Notes: a model not told the origin generated them from the letters alone. DNA of 64,000 bases from Kiritimatiellia bacterium (GCA_041602695.1 JBFIFS010000001.1:13097-77096), one strand, 5' to 3'; shown: positions 1-9,564, counted from the stretch's first letter. Made by a program: numbers and translations.

Positions 1-638
1 GATTGAGAGAGTGTCCAGTGACGCGTCGTCCTCCGGGCCGATCACGTCCACTATCTCACCCTGTGGCATGAGCTTAGGGTTTTCCCAGGACAAGAAGCGG
101 ACGACCACGCGGTCACCTTCCGCGGCCTCGCCGGTGCTGGCGACATAGAAGTCCTGCCTGTATTTGCGGTCAATTGGAACAACATATGTCATGCGTCCAG
201 CTGACCTCACAGTGCCCACAATATCATGCGCCACACGCTCTATTATGCGTATGACCTTGGCATACTCGATATCGCCGCTGTCCCGTCGCGAGGCAAGTTT
301 GTAGCGCGCGAGGACGCGATCTCCCTGCATCGCGGTCGCAAGGTCCGACTGGTCGATACGCACCCGCTTTTCGGAGTCATCAATTGAGAGAATAGCGTCA
401 CCGTTACGAAGAACGTCGATCCTGCCCGAAAAGAGGTCCTCTTCCCCTCCGAGCGAGTATGATCCGCGTCCACTGTGAAACAGCAGTCCGTCGTTCACCA
501 GCTCGGCAAGCCAGCGCTGTAGTCGTTTCCTGGCAGTCTTACGCAGGTTGAGGGCCCGGGATATTTCCGATATGGGGGCCGGCTTCTTCTGCTCGGACAC
601 GAACTTTAAAATTTTCTTCTTTATTACTTCAGGCTTCA
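1..638 (-). CDS. rnr: Ribonuclease R-like protein, N-terminal fragment (gene continues beyond the left edge)
   Basis: Absent from the ORF track because it has no in-window stop. Hand translation of the reverse strand from the ATG at 638..636 gives MKPEVIKKKILKFVSEQKKPAPISEISRALNLRKTARKRLQRWLAELVNDGLL...GRIDVLRNGDAILS...GDRVLARY...YVVPIDRKYRQDFYV...GDRVVVRF, open to position 1. A winged-helix N-terminus followed by cold-shock/OB-like segments is the usual RNase R N-terminal layout. ORF 243..473 lies inside it, out of frame. Confidence 0.5.
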
Positions 639-991
639 TTTAGCTCCTCTTTGGTTTCGCGGGCACGGTAGTTAAAAGCGCATACCTTAGTCCATTCTTC
701 GTAGTTCCAGTCATGTGGAAATCCAGAACACTGGTCGGGCTTTACGGGATTGACCCTGCAACTGCGGTCCCGATTAAGAAAGATACAGCTGCCGTCCTCG
801 TGGTCCTTTAGCTTCAGTCCCGCCCTGCTCGGTTTTAGCTCTGTGTAGCAATCCGCGAAATCGCGGGCCGAGATGCCAAGATGGCCGGCCATGCGCTCTA
901 TCTCCGTCTGGCTGACCGTGACAGCTCCCTTAATCGTACAGCAGTTACCGCAGCGCACGCACTCGAAGTCAGTTGGGACGGGAAGCGTCAT
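629..991 (-). CDS. YkgJ-family (CxxCxxCC) cysteine-cluster protein
   Basis: 120 aa with a CVRCGNCC cluster plus downstream Cys residues (GSCIFL, RSCRV, DQCSGF). ATGA overlap with the thrC stop; 10-nt overlap with the rnr start. Confidence 0.6.
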   Translation of the reverse strand: MTLPVPTDFECVRCGNCCTIKGAVTVSQTEIERMAGHLGISARDFADCYTELKPSRAGLKLKDHEDGSCIFLNRDRSCRVNPVKPDQCSGFPHDWNYEEWTKVCAFNYRARETKEELNEA

Positions 992-2364
992 CGGGCGCAG
1001 ACCCTGCCTATGAGCTCTTTCAGCTCGATGGCCGAGGGACTCATTTGTGAGCAGCGCGTCTGGCTGCCCTTAAGGCCGTCGATAAGGAAATGATGAGCAG
1101 CGTCCTCGCCGGTGGCCTTGATGACCGCATCGGGAAACTTCGCCGGATGTGCTGTGGCGAGGCATATGGTCGGAACATCGGAGGCATGGAAATCTGCCAC
1201 CTTCCAGCCAACGGCGGAATGCGGGTCCAGCAGGTAGTTATGGGTGCGCCACACTGACGCCATTGTCCTGAGGGTATCATCGTCACTGCAGCTTCCGGCA
1301 GTGAACAGTTCATCTGTGGAGCCGAGATGCTCGGAAGAAAGCGTGCGGTTTTTCTTGAAGGTTTCCATCATGCTGCTCAGTTTGCCTGCGTCCTGTCCGC
1401 ACCGGTAGTAAAGATAACGTTCAAAGTTGCTGGCGACCTGTATGTCCATCGAAGGGCTGAGTGTTGGTTTAACTGCAGAACAGCTGTAGTCCCCATTGGT
1501 AAAGAAGCGGGTGAGAATATCATTCGTGTTTGTGGCCAGTATGAGGCGCTCTACAGGAAGGCCCATCTGTGCGGCTATGTATCCTGCGAAAATATCGCCG
1601 AAATTACCGGTAGGAACAGAAAACTGGACTCGCTGCGAGCCTGTTTCCCCCATGACGCGAAATGCGGCGTAGAAATAGTAGACAACCTGGGCGAGAAGCC
1701 TCGCCCAGTTAATTGAGTTCACCGAGCCCAAGCTGTACTCGTCCTTAAAAGTCAGGTCAGCGAAGACCTCCTTCATGATCGACTGACAGTCGTCAAAAGT
1801 CCCATGCACTGCTATGTTATGCACATTCTCGTCAAGAACACTCGTCATCTGGAGCTCCTGCACTGGGCTGACCCGATTGTGCGGGTGCATGACGAATATT
1901 CGTATGTTCTTTTTGTTGCGCACGCCGTGGATTGCCGCGCTTCCCGTGTCGCCACTTGTGGCTGCCACGATATTAAGGACCCCACCCCGATCCGCGAGTA
2001 CCTGGTCAAAGATGTTCCCGAGAAACTGCAGCGCTATGTCCTTAAACGCGAGTGTTGGCCCGTGAAACAGCTCAAGAACATGGCGATCGGCCACCGGTAC
2101 AATCCTGACTACTTCATCCTCGCGGAAAAGCGCATAGCTCTTATCAACAAGCGAAGTGAGTGTATCTTCTTCGATGTCGGCAAAGAGCGACATGACCCGC
2201 ACGCACAACTCTTTGTAGCTGAGCTGTTTCCAGGACTCCAGCTCGCTCCTGGCGTCTGGGATATGCTCGGGGAGCAACAGGCCGCCGTCATTTGCGAGCC
2301 CCATCATCACAGCATCCGAGAATGGGATTGGCTTGATATTGCCGCGTGTGCTGATGTATTTCAT
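988..2364 (-). CDS. thrC: Threonine synthase
   Basis: 458 aa beginning MKYISTRG. PLP-lysine context FHGPTLAFKDIALQ and the ATSGDTGSAA loop are present; full length. Confidence 0.9.
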   Translation of the reverse strand: MKYISTRGNIKPIPFSDAVMMGLANDGGLLLPEHIPDARSELESWKQLSYKELCVRVMSLFADIEEDTLTSLVDKSYALFREDEVVRIVPVADRHVLELFHGPTLAFKDIALQFLGNIFDQVLADRGGVLNIVAATSGDTGSAAIHGVRNKKNIRIFVMHPHNRVSPVQELQMTSVLDENVHNIAVHGTFDDCQSIMKEVFADLTFKDEYSLGSVNSINWARLLAQVVYYFYAAFRVMGETGSQRVQFSVPTGNFGDIFAGYIAAQMGLPVERLILATNTNDILTRFFTNGDYSCSAVKPTLSPSMDIQVASNFERYLYYRCGQDAGKLSSMMETFKKNRTLSSEHLGSTDELFTAGSCSDDDTLRTMASVWRTHNYLLDPHSAVGWKVADFHASDVPTICLATAHPAKFPDAVIKATGEDAAHHFLIDGLKGSQTRCSQMSPSAIELKELIGRVCAR

Positions 2365-2427
2365 ATACGGTATCTAATACTTAAGGTCAGAACAAAGCAA
2401 GGCACAATAGCTTCAGGAGACCCTGAT

Positions 2428-2970
2428 ATGTCCAAAATTGCACTCGTGATTGCAGACGGCAGTGAAGAGATGGAAATCGTAATTATTGCAGATGTTTTGC
2501 GCCGGGCCGACCTGGATGTAGATCTTGTATCCATACTGGGCGAGAAGGTGCTGTGCTCCCGTAAGGTCTCTCTTTGTGCTGACCGCACGCTTGATTCAGC
2601 GGAGCTGTCGGACTATGACGTGATAATACTTCCCGGCGGGATGGATGGAACACAGTCATTTATCCGCCACGAGCCGCTGCTGGGCGCGCTGCAGTCGCAC
2701 CACTCTGAGGGGAAGCTGCTTTGCGCTATATGCGCCGCTCCCCTTGCCCTGGATTCAGCGGGCATTCTGAAGGGAAGAGCCGTAACCTGCCACCCCTCCG
2801 TGAGCGACAGGGTTACCAGTGCAAACTATACAGGTAAACGCGTCGAAAGAGACGGCAACATCCTGACTAGTCAAGGGCCCGGTACGGCCTTTGAGTTCGC
2901 CCTTGAGATCATCGCAGAGCTCAAGGGGCATGATGCTGCGCAGAGCGTCAGGTCCGGGCTTGTCCTCTAG
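2428..2970 (+). CDS. DJ-1/PfpI family protein
   Basis: MSKIALVIADGSEEMEIV..., nucleophile-elbow Cys in LLCAICAAP. AGGAGA Shine-Dalgarno at 2415-2420. The track ORF 1804..2970 is extended artefactually through the antisense of thrC. Confidence 0.85.
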   Translation: MSKIALVIADGSEEMEIVIIADVLRRADLDVDLVSILGEKVLCSRKVSLCADRTLDSAELSDYDVIILPGGMDGTQSFIRHEPLLGALQSHHSEGKLLCAICAAPLALDSAGILKGRAVTCHPSVSDRVTSANYTGKRVERDGNILTSQGPGTAFEFALEIIAELKGHDAAQSVRSGLVL

Positions 2971-3344
2971 CCCCTGGCCTCGGACTTCGCCTCGTTGACT
3001 ACGATTCGACGGCCGCGCATTTCCTTGCCGTTAAGCGCGCGGATAGCCTCCAGGCTGCTGGCCCTGTTCGCCATCTCCACAAACCCAAAGCCCTTGGACT
3101 TGTTATTGAACTTGTTCTTGATGATTCGCGCTGACGTCACGCCGCCGAACTGTCCGAACTCACGTTTAAGGTCCTTTTCCCGGACATCATACGAGAGGTT
3201 TCCGACATAAAGCTCGGTAACACCCCCGCTCTGCTTCGTGCCGGTCATACGCTGCCCGACCACTATGCCGATAATAAACCATGCCACGGAAAAAAGTGAC
3301 ACGAGAACGGTGATATCCATTGAGAAGCTGTCGACACTATACAT
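2967..3344 (-). CDS. RRM-type RNA-binding protein with an N-terminal transmembrane anchor
   Basis: RNP-2 LYVGNL and RNP-1 KGFGFVEM motifs, preceded by the hydrophobic helix ITVLVSLFSVAWFIIGIVVG. Start chosen at the ATG at 3344 (MYSVDSF...) because AAGGAG sits 8 nt upstream (3353-3358). Confidence 0.8.
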   Translation of the reverse strand: MYSVDSFSMDITVLVSLFSVAWFIIGIVVGQRMTGTKQSGGVTELYVGNLSYDVREKDLKREFGQFGGVTSARIIKNKFNNKSKGFGFVEMANRASSLEAIRALNGKEMRGRRIVVNEAKSEARG

Positions 3345-3429
3345 TTTTCTACTCCTTTTAGGAACAATCCGCCCTGTCTGTGACAATCAATAAAGGGCGC
3401 CGGTAAAGGACCGGTATTCTGGTTCCCCA

Positions 3430-5502
3430 TTATTTCAACTCGAGAAAACCCTCGAGCTTTCTTAACCTCGTCGGGTGTCGGAGCTTCCGGAGAGCTTTGG
3501 CTTCGATCTGCCTGATTCGCTCACGGGTCACGTTGAACTCCTTTCCGACCTCCTCCAATGTTCTCGAATACCCATCGGTCAATCCGAACCTGTAGTCGAG
3601 AACCTGACGTTCCCTGTCCGTCAAGGTGTTGAGAACATCCCTAAGTCTGTCCTTCAGCATGCTGTGTGCTGTCATCTCTGAAGGATTCTCGGCACTCTTA
3701 TCCTCGATAAAGTCGCCGAAATGCGCGTCATCACTGTCGCCAACAGGGCTCTGCAGTGATATGGGCTGCTGGGCCATCTTGTAAACGGCCCGAACCCGCT
3801 CAACCGGCATATCCAGCTCGTCCGCGGCTTCCTCCGGTGTAGGTTCACGTCCCAGCTGCTGAACAAGTTTCTTCTGAACCCTCAGCAACTTGTTGATAGT
3901 CTCAATCATGTGCACTGGGATTCTGATTGTTCGGGCCTGATCGGCAATCGCACGAGTGGCCGCCTGCCTTATCCACCATGTCGCGTAAGTGCTGAACTTG
4001 TAGCCCCGCCTGTATTCAAACTTCTCTACGGCTTTCATCAGGCCGGTATTGCCTTCCTGAATCAAGTCCAGAAAAGACAGGCCGCGGTTCATGTACTTTT
4101 TGACAATGCTTATTACCAGTCGCAGGTTCGCCTCGACCATCTCCGTTCGAGCCTGATGGCCGTTGCTCATCGCTTCCTTAAGCTCTGCGTAGGTATTGTT
4201 GAGTTCTTCCGAATTCATGCACAGCCGTATCTCGCTCTCCCGGATCTCCTTAGCGACTGCCCTTACCTCAGCGTCACGTGCCTTGCTCTTCCGCTTGTTC
4301 GATGCCCGCTTGTGCTTGCGCTCAAGCTTCAGGAAGTCGCGAAAGGCTTCATCAGTGGTCTCAGCCATTGACTCGATGACCTTCTGCTTGAAGTGCAGTT
4401 TGTTGAATGCCTTGGATATCTTGAGCCGGGTTTTGCCTATTTCCTTTGCGAGGCGGTCCCTGCGCTTCTTCGTTGTCGTCTTCTTGAGAAACTCGACGAA
4501 CTGCTTGCGGAGCTTCTTCTCAGTTGTCCGGATTTCGGTGCGAATGCGAGGAAGGATTTTTATATACTTCTCGCGGCTGTCGACGAACTTGTCTTTCACT
4601 ATCCTGTCGAAACGCTCTTCCCCGCGGTCGAGCCTCTCGGCAAGGTCCAGGTACATGTCCGGCGCTATACCGAGCCTGTCGAAAAGTGTTTTTACCGTTA
4701 CTTCGGCCTTTTCGATTCGCTTGCAGATTTCAACTTCCTGCTCGCGAGTCAGCAGCGGTACCTGTCCCATCTGGTGCAGGTACATGCGAATAGGGTCATC
4801 ATAGAAATCTATCTTGCCCTTGCGTCCGGTCTTGGCCGTTTCCTTCCGGAACTTTTCGACGGAATGCGACTCAATTATCTCAACCTGCATCCCCTTCAAA
4901 AGAGACAGGTAGGATTCGAGGTCTTCTGCTCCGACGACTTGCTCCGGCAGATGCTCGTTGATGTCATCGAAGGTGAGATAGCCCTGGGCCTCAGCAACCT
5001 TAAGCAATTCCTTGATCTTGCCCTTAACCTCGTCTTTCGCAACCCCTGAGGCGACCTGCCCGGACTCTTCCTCTGCCTTCTTCCTCGAGTCGACAATTTG
5101 GGCGGCGGCGTCTGATTTCCTGGGACGTCCCCGCTTCTTCTTTACAGGAACCGAAAGTCCGGAGACTTCAAGTACGGCGCTTTCCTTCTTCTTCTTGGCT
5201 CGTTTAGCTGGTGTCTTCTTCGCGGCCTTTTTCTTCGTGACCTTTTTTGCGTCTTTCGTCTTTTTCGAGGCCGTCTTGGCAGGCGTCTTCTTCGCCTTAG
5301 TTTTCTTCGTTTCTATCTTCTTTTTTCCCACGCGCGTTGCGGAACTCTTGGTTCGCTTTGCAGCAGCGTTCTTCTTAGCAGGAGTCTTCCTCTTTGTTAC
5401 GGTCTTCTTAACCGCTTTCTTTTTTTTGGATTGACTCGCCGGCTTACGCTTTGCTGTCTTTGTGGCTTGAGAAGTCTTTGTCGGCTTCTTTTTTGTTGGC
5501 AT
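3430..5502 (-). CDS. rpoD: Primary sigma factor RpoD with a Lys/Ala-rich N-terminal extension
   Basis: Region 2 (YATWWIRQA), region 3 and region 4 ([20 protein letters not shown]) are all present. The first ~135 residues are KKxPAKK-type low complexity. Confidence 0.9.
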   Translation of the reverse strand: MPTKKKPTKTSQATKTAKRKPASQSKKKKAVKKTVTKRKTPAKKNAAAKRTKSSATRVGKKKIETKKTKAKKTPAKTASKKTKDAKKVTKKKAAKKTPAKRAKKKKESAVLEVSGLSVPVKKKRGRPRKSDAAAQIVDSRKKAEEESGQVASGVAKDEVKGKIKELLKVAEAQGYLTFDDINEHLPEQVVGAEDLESYLSLLKGMQVEIIESHSVEKFRKETAKTGRKGKIDFYDDPIRMYLHQMGQVPLLTREQEVEICKRIEKAEVTVKTLFDRLGIAPDMYLDLAERLDRGEERFDRIVKDKFVDSREKYIKILPRIRTEIRTTEKKLRKQFVEFLKKTTTKKRRDRLAKEIGKTRLKISKAFNKLHFKQKVIESMAETTDEAFRDFLKLERKHKRASNKRKSKARDAEVRAVAKEIRESEIRLCMNSEELNNTYAELKEAMSNGHQARTEMVEANLRLVISIVKKYMNRGLSFLDLIQEGNTGLMKAVEKFEYRRGYKFSTYATWWIRQAATRAIADQARTIRIPVHMIETINKLLRVQKKLVQQLGREPTPEEAADELDMPVERVRAVYKMAQQPISLQSPVGDSDDAHFGDFIEDKSAENPSEMTAHSMLKDRLRDVLNTLTDRERQVLDYRFGLTDGYSRTLEEVGKEFNVTRERIRQIEAKALRKLRHPTRLRKLEGFLELK

Positions 5503-5627
5503 ATTACCTTCCCTTAACAGCTCTGCCAGTCTGCACAGAGGTGCAAAAAACTCCGCGGGTTTGTATTATCTATTGGGTTCGATAGCAAGAGAAATTCGAT
5601 GAAATCTGGTATTTATTTGCAGTTGTT

Positions 5628-7172
5628 TCAGTCCAAAAGCGCCTGCAATCCCTCGATATGCGATGCAAGTGCCTTATCATCAACGCGTTGCGCGGCATCG
5701 AGCGCCTTCTTCATTGCCGCTGCCCCTTCGTTTATAAATCCTTGGGCATGAAGGCTCTTGGCGGCCGCGAGATAGCGCAGGCTGGATTTCTCAAACTCAT
5801 CCGCACGCGCGAAGTATGCAGCGCCCCTCTCGAGCGCGTTAGCCATCCCATATAGCAATCCAGCCGTGCTCAGTTCGCTTGCCTCCCTGTCGCTTAGCTC
5901 TCCGGCGCGGCGCGGCGTTTCGACTGCAAGGCGAGCCATGCCTCGGTAGAAAGCCGCCTTTGCCGCAGAGGTGCCCTTCTTTTCGACCTTCCTCCAATAT
6001 GTATCCTCTACCTCTTTGGCTTTAGTCTCATCTCCGGTGTTTGCCAGAAGCAGGTAGGCTGCTGCGATGAACTCCGAATGACCATCAAAAGGCATTCCCC
6101 TGGGAGGACGCTCCAGTACGCCTATCGATGCGTAAGATGCCGCCCAGCTCTTGTCTTCCTGGTGAATCAGGGCTCGCAACGCCTCGTTGTGGGCGACGCT
6201 GACAGGATCGCGTCTTCCCGACAAGTCCGCTTCCCGAAGAATGACTGCGGCGTCCTTCGCCTCTCCATTTCCATACATGCAGGCGGCTAAATTATAGGCG
6301 GTGCGCGCGATCTCTCCAGCGTCTGCCGTCTTTCTCGCTTCAGTAAGCTCTGCTTCGCACTTTCTGTACAGGTCCGGCTCCGTCTTGGCATAGAAGCCGT
6401 AGAGCGGAGATATGAACTCACTTGCTTCCTTTTCGGGAATATACTTGCGAATGAGCCAGTGTTTTTGTGCCCCCTTGATCAGGCGACGCGTCTCATGAAC
6501 GGTCGCACCGGCCTCCGCGAGTATTTCATTGAGGTGATTGATTGCCTCGCGGACATCAGCCGTGAGGGTCGGATCCGTGATCATCGTACCGAGCAGCCCT
6601 TCGCCGCCGCTCAGGTCTCCGGCTATCTTGTTGGCGTTCGACATCACACCGCTGGCCTCATCGACCATGGGCACGACAGCGGCCTGGAGCTGCTCTACTG
6701 CCTTCTTTGCAATCTCCATCAGCTCTTTGTCTTTGTAACAAGCGATCACTCCACCGTCCGCAATCTGCTCGCCCTGCCCTTCCGTAATTTCGATATGAGT
6801 ATCACCGGCGAGTCCGAACATCTTTTTTACGCGGGCAACGGAGTCCACGCTGACGTAGCGATGAAAGCGCTCTTTAATCTCCAGGACGGCCATCAGGCCT
6901 CCGTCATCCAGAGGCTCGATGCTCTTGACGCGGCCTGCCTTCGCGCTGCGTATCTTTACTTCATCGCCCTCCTGCAGGTCAAAGCTGCCCTGTTCCGCAG
7001 ACGACTTCCCGTCCGCATCCATAAAGACGGCATGGATTTCCACCCTGCCCTCAAACCATCCCTGCGCTTTTCCCGCGAGGATGACGCCTAGAATGAAGAG
7101 AGACAGAGCAATGAGAACCATTGCTCCAACTGTTTCGTTAACATAACGCAGCCCTGGCTTATTCGTAGTCAC
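5628..7172 (-). CDS. MlaD/MCE-domain protein with a long alpha-helical (TPR-like) C-terminal extension
   Basis: N-terminal TM (VGAMVLIALSLFILGVILAG) followed by an MCE-like barrel segment (GDEVKIRSAKAGRVKSIEP...LGLAGDTHIEITEG). About 380 further residues are rich in A/E/L. 14-nt overlap with the upstream ATPase-like gene. Confidence 0.65.
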   Translation of the reverse strand: MTTNKPGLRYVNETVGAMVLIALSLFILGVILAGKAQGWFEGRVEIHAVFMDADGKSSAEQGSFDLQEGDEVKIRSAKAGRVKSIEPLDDGGLMAVLEIKERFHRYVSVDSVARVKKMFGLAGDTHIEITEGQGEQIADGGVIACYKDKELMEIAKKAVEQLQAAVVPMVDEASGVMSNANKIAGDLSGGEGLLGTMITDPTLTADVREAINHLNEILAEAGATVHETRRLIKGAQKHWLIRKYIPEKEASEFISPLYGFYAKTEPDLYRKCEAELTEARKTADAGEIARTAYNLAACMYGNGEAKDAAVILREADLSGRRDPVSVAHNEALRALIHQEDKSWAASYASIGVLERPPRGMPFDGHSEFIAAAYLLLANTGDETKAKEVEDTYWRKVEKKGTSAAKAAFYRGMARLAVETPRRAGELSDREASELSTAGLLYGMANALERGAAYFARADEFEKSSLRYLAAAKSLHAQGFINEGAAAMKKALDAAQRVDDKALASHIEGLQALLD

Positions 7173-7851
7173 TACATGTTTCCTCTCTGGAATTTGTGTC
7201 TCTGATTGAAATTCGCCTTATTTCGGGCACACCTAAGTCTGACTCGTCGCCGGGTGGCTCCGCTCCGCTCCAAATCAGCGTCCCGCCAGATGCAATGTAC
7301 TTGCTGACCTGCTCCCTTAGCTGAACCGTGTGTGAGATCCCTGGCACCGTGTCACTATTGTCGAAAAGAAGAAGGGAGGGTGTTCCGAGAAAAGCCCTGA
7401 CCCACTGGCATCTTTCCAGGACAGAAGCGGCGGCGCCCTCAGGGCGCTCGTCCAGATGTTGCGTGACATCAAAGATAGCTGCGAGCAAGGCGATCTCCTC
7501 GTTGACCTGATCGGCCGTCAGGAAGCCCGCGTGCAGAACACGAAGTCCCACATTCATTCTCAAAGAGAGGTTCTCAATCCACGCCTTGTCGTGGGGAAAG
7601 ACTCGTCCGATCTGAGCGCGGGCCCGGCACTCCGCGAAGGGATCCAACTCACGCCATCGGAACCCCTGAAAGATTACCTCCCCCTTTATTGGCGGCACCA
7701 GCCCGGAGAGCACGTCATAGATCTCCTCGCAATTGCCGTGGGCCCAAAGGACCTGTCCCTTGTCGGCAGAAAACGAAAAGGCGGCTCCGGAGGACAGAAC
7801 CAGATCTCTCGCTTCCAGCAGGGACGCTTTGTTGTTGGTGGAATCAGACAT
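7159..7851 (-). CDS. Degenerate (probably non-catalytic) ABC ATPase homologue, MlaF position
   Basis: Length and motif order match an ABC nucleotide-binding domain, but each motif is mutated (see finding). Start is either the ATG at 7851 (8-nt overlap with the mlaE stop) or 7869. Confidence 0.6.
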   Translation of the reverse strand: MSDSTNNKASLLEARDLVLSSGAAFSFSADKGQVLWAHGNCEEIYDVLSGLVPPIKGEVIFQGFRWRELDPFAECRARAQIGRVFPHDKAWIENLSLRMNVGLRVLHAGFLTADQVNEEIALLAAIFDVTQHLDERPEGAAASVLERCQWVRAFLGTPSLLLFDNSDTVPGISHTVQLREQVSKYIASGGTLIWSGAEPPGDESDLGVPEIRRISIRDTNSREETCSDYE

Positions 7852-8650
7852 AGAAAATAACAGATACAAGAAACGATACTACAAGCATTGTCGCAATCGA
7901 AAGGACGACCCCTTTCGTGACCGCCTGCGGTATTTCTGTGCTCAGGCCGCTGGTCGAGAGGCCTTCCACGCAGCTTATAGCGCCAATCACGAGGCCGCCG
8001 AAAAGGCATTTCACCGCGAAGTCAAAGATGGCCGCCGGCGCAAGTGCAAACAGGACGGAATCCGCGAATTGCTGAAGTGTCACCTCCATCGTGCCGGTAA
8101 GCACACCGGCTATCCACCCGGAGAATAGAGATACAGCAACAAAGATCATGCTCAGACAGAAGTGCGATATGGATATGGCGGCGGACCGAGGCATTACCAG
8201 GTAGGTGAAGGTGTCAACGCCCTGTGCCTCCAGCACATGGAGCTCATGTCTGTTCCGCATGCCGGCCAGCTCCGCGCAGATTGCGGTTCCGCTGCGTCCA
8301 ATAATCACGAATCCAACAAACACGGGCGCTATGCCCGAAATCAGCAGGCGAACCAGGACCGTTCCCGTCAGGTCACTCTGCCCGATATTGGCCATCCAGA
8401 TCTGGACCTGCAACACCACGGCAACCCCGCAAAGGCATGAGAGGAGCACTATCAGCCGCAAAGCCTGTACACCACTGAAATAGAGCTGCCGCACAAAAAC
8501 AGATCTCACAGGGTAAGACCAGCTCCGTACATCAAGAGATACCCGGGTTGCCGCTAAAGCTACAGCGGCTATTCGGCTCGCCTCACTAAAGACAGAACGG
8601 GTCCTCTCGCCAACCGCCGCGAGGACTGCGGCCGCGTCCGCACTTCGCAT
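7844..8650 (-). CDS. mlaE: MlaE-family ABC transporter permease
   Basis: 268 aa, multi-TM, with the family-typical GRSGTAICAELAGMRNRHELHVLEAQGVDTFTYLVMPR segment. Confidence 0.8.
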   Translation of the reverse strand: MRSADAAAVLAAVGERTRSVFSEASRIAAVALAATRVSLDVRSWSYPVRSVFVRQLYFSGVQALRLIVLLSCLCGVAVVLQVQIWMANIGQSDLTGTVLVRLLISGIAPVFVGFVIIGRSGTAICAELAGMRNRHELHVLEAQGVDTFTYLVMPRSAAISISHFCLSMIFVAVSLFSGWIAGVLTGTMEVTLQQFADSVLFALAPAAIFDFAVKCLFGGLVIGAISCVEGLSTSGLSTEIPQAVTKGVVLSIATMLVVSFLVSVIFYV

Positions 8651-8711
8651 TACGATGCCTCCTGACTCATGAGTCGGATAATACTCCGAGAAGGAAGATG
8701 ATTCAAGCCGC

Positions 8712-9488
8712 CTATTTCTCCTCCACTATGCGCAGCCACTCTGTCGGGACAAGTCGCTCGAAACCCATATGGTCGAGGACGAGTACGCGATATGATGCTC
8801 GCAGAGGGCGGAGAAAGCGGAGGATCGTTCCGGCAGGCACCTTCCTGTTGTCGCTCTTCATCAACCGGACGAGGCTCCAGCGCTTCAGGTTTCTGATCCT
8901 GTTCCAGTAATCCTCGGACATCTTAACAGGTCTGGATGGAACAGTTCTTCGCTTTCTCCGGCTTGAATCGTGCTTGCGGCAGGGCTTTAGAGAGACTGCG
9001 TATCCCATCTCACAGGCGCGCCCGACAGCCCATTTGTCCGCTGACTTTTCTCCTTCGCGTCCGTGAAGCCCAAGCTTGTATCTCCTGTAGTGATGAAGCT
9101 CATGGGCGAAAATGTAAGCGAGGTGGGCGTGGAATGACCGAAGCCAGATGCGGAAACCGTTCTGGTTATACTCCACCCTTGGGTAGGAAATGCCATTGCA
9201 GCCCATTGAGACCTCAATGAGTGCAAACTTGTCCGGCAGTCCGGGCGGAATACCGCCGGAATGTGCGGACTTCCACGGCCCGCGCATGCGGTGCAGTGCG
9301 TGGCGCGAAATATCCTTCGAGTAGAACGCCCCGCTCCAGCCCGAAGTGTCTGGATTAAGCTGTACTACAACCAGAAGGCGACGGGTATCGGTTCCGCGCG
9401 CTATGCGCCGTACTGTGCCCTCCACGCGCATCCTGTCTGTAGCGAAGGACCGAAAAGCACCCGCCGGACTGTATATTAATACTCTCAT
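8712..9488 (-). CDS. Hypothetical protein with an HExxH zincin-like motif
   Basis: 258 aa with a single AHELHHYRRY motif followed by GEKSADKWA. No other family recognised. Sits 61 nt upstream of mlaE on the same strand. Confidence 0.4.
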   Translation of the reverse strand: MRVLIYSPAGAFRSFATDRMRVEGTVRRIARGTDTRRLLVVVQLNPDTSGWSGAFYSKDISRHALHRMRGPWKSAHSGGIPPGLPDKFALIEVSMGCNGISYPRVEYNQNGFRIWLRSFHAHLAYIFAHELHHYRRYKLGLHGREGEKSADKWAVGRACEMGYAVSLKPCRKHDSSRRKRRTVPSRPVKMSEDYWNRIRNLKRWSLVRLMKSDNRKVPAGTILRFLRPLRASYRVLVLDHMGFERLVPTEWLRIVEEK

Positions 9489-9564
9489 AAATCTATCTTC
9501 CCCGAGTCCGGAAAAGATATCTTTCCCTTATTTCGAAATCAAGTGCAGTGAGCACCCGGACTGA

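Noticed and set aside
243-473. 76-aa ORF on the minus strand
   Set aside because: It is out of frame inside the RNase R-like reading frame, which is open from 638 to the window edge. Its composition (R/S/T-rich) looks like an off-frame translation.
1804-2427. 5' two-thirds of the 388-aa track ORF 1804..2970 (+)
   Set aside because: This part lies antisense to thrC and has no recognisable protein features. The DJ-1/PfpI homology begins only at the ATG at 2428, which has its own AGGAGA ribosome-binding site.
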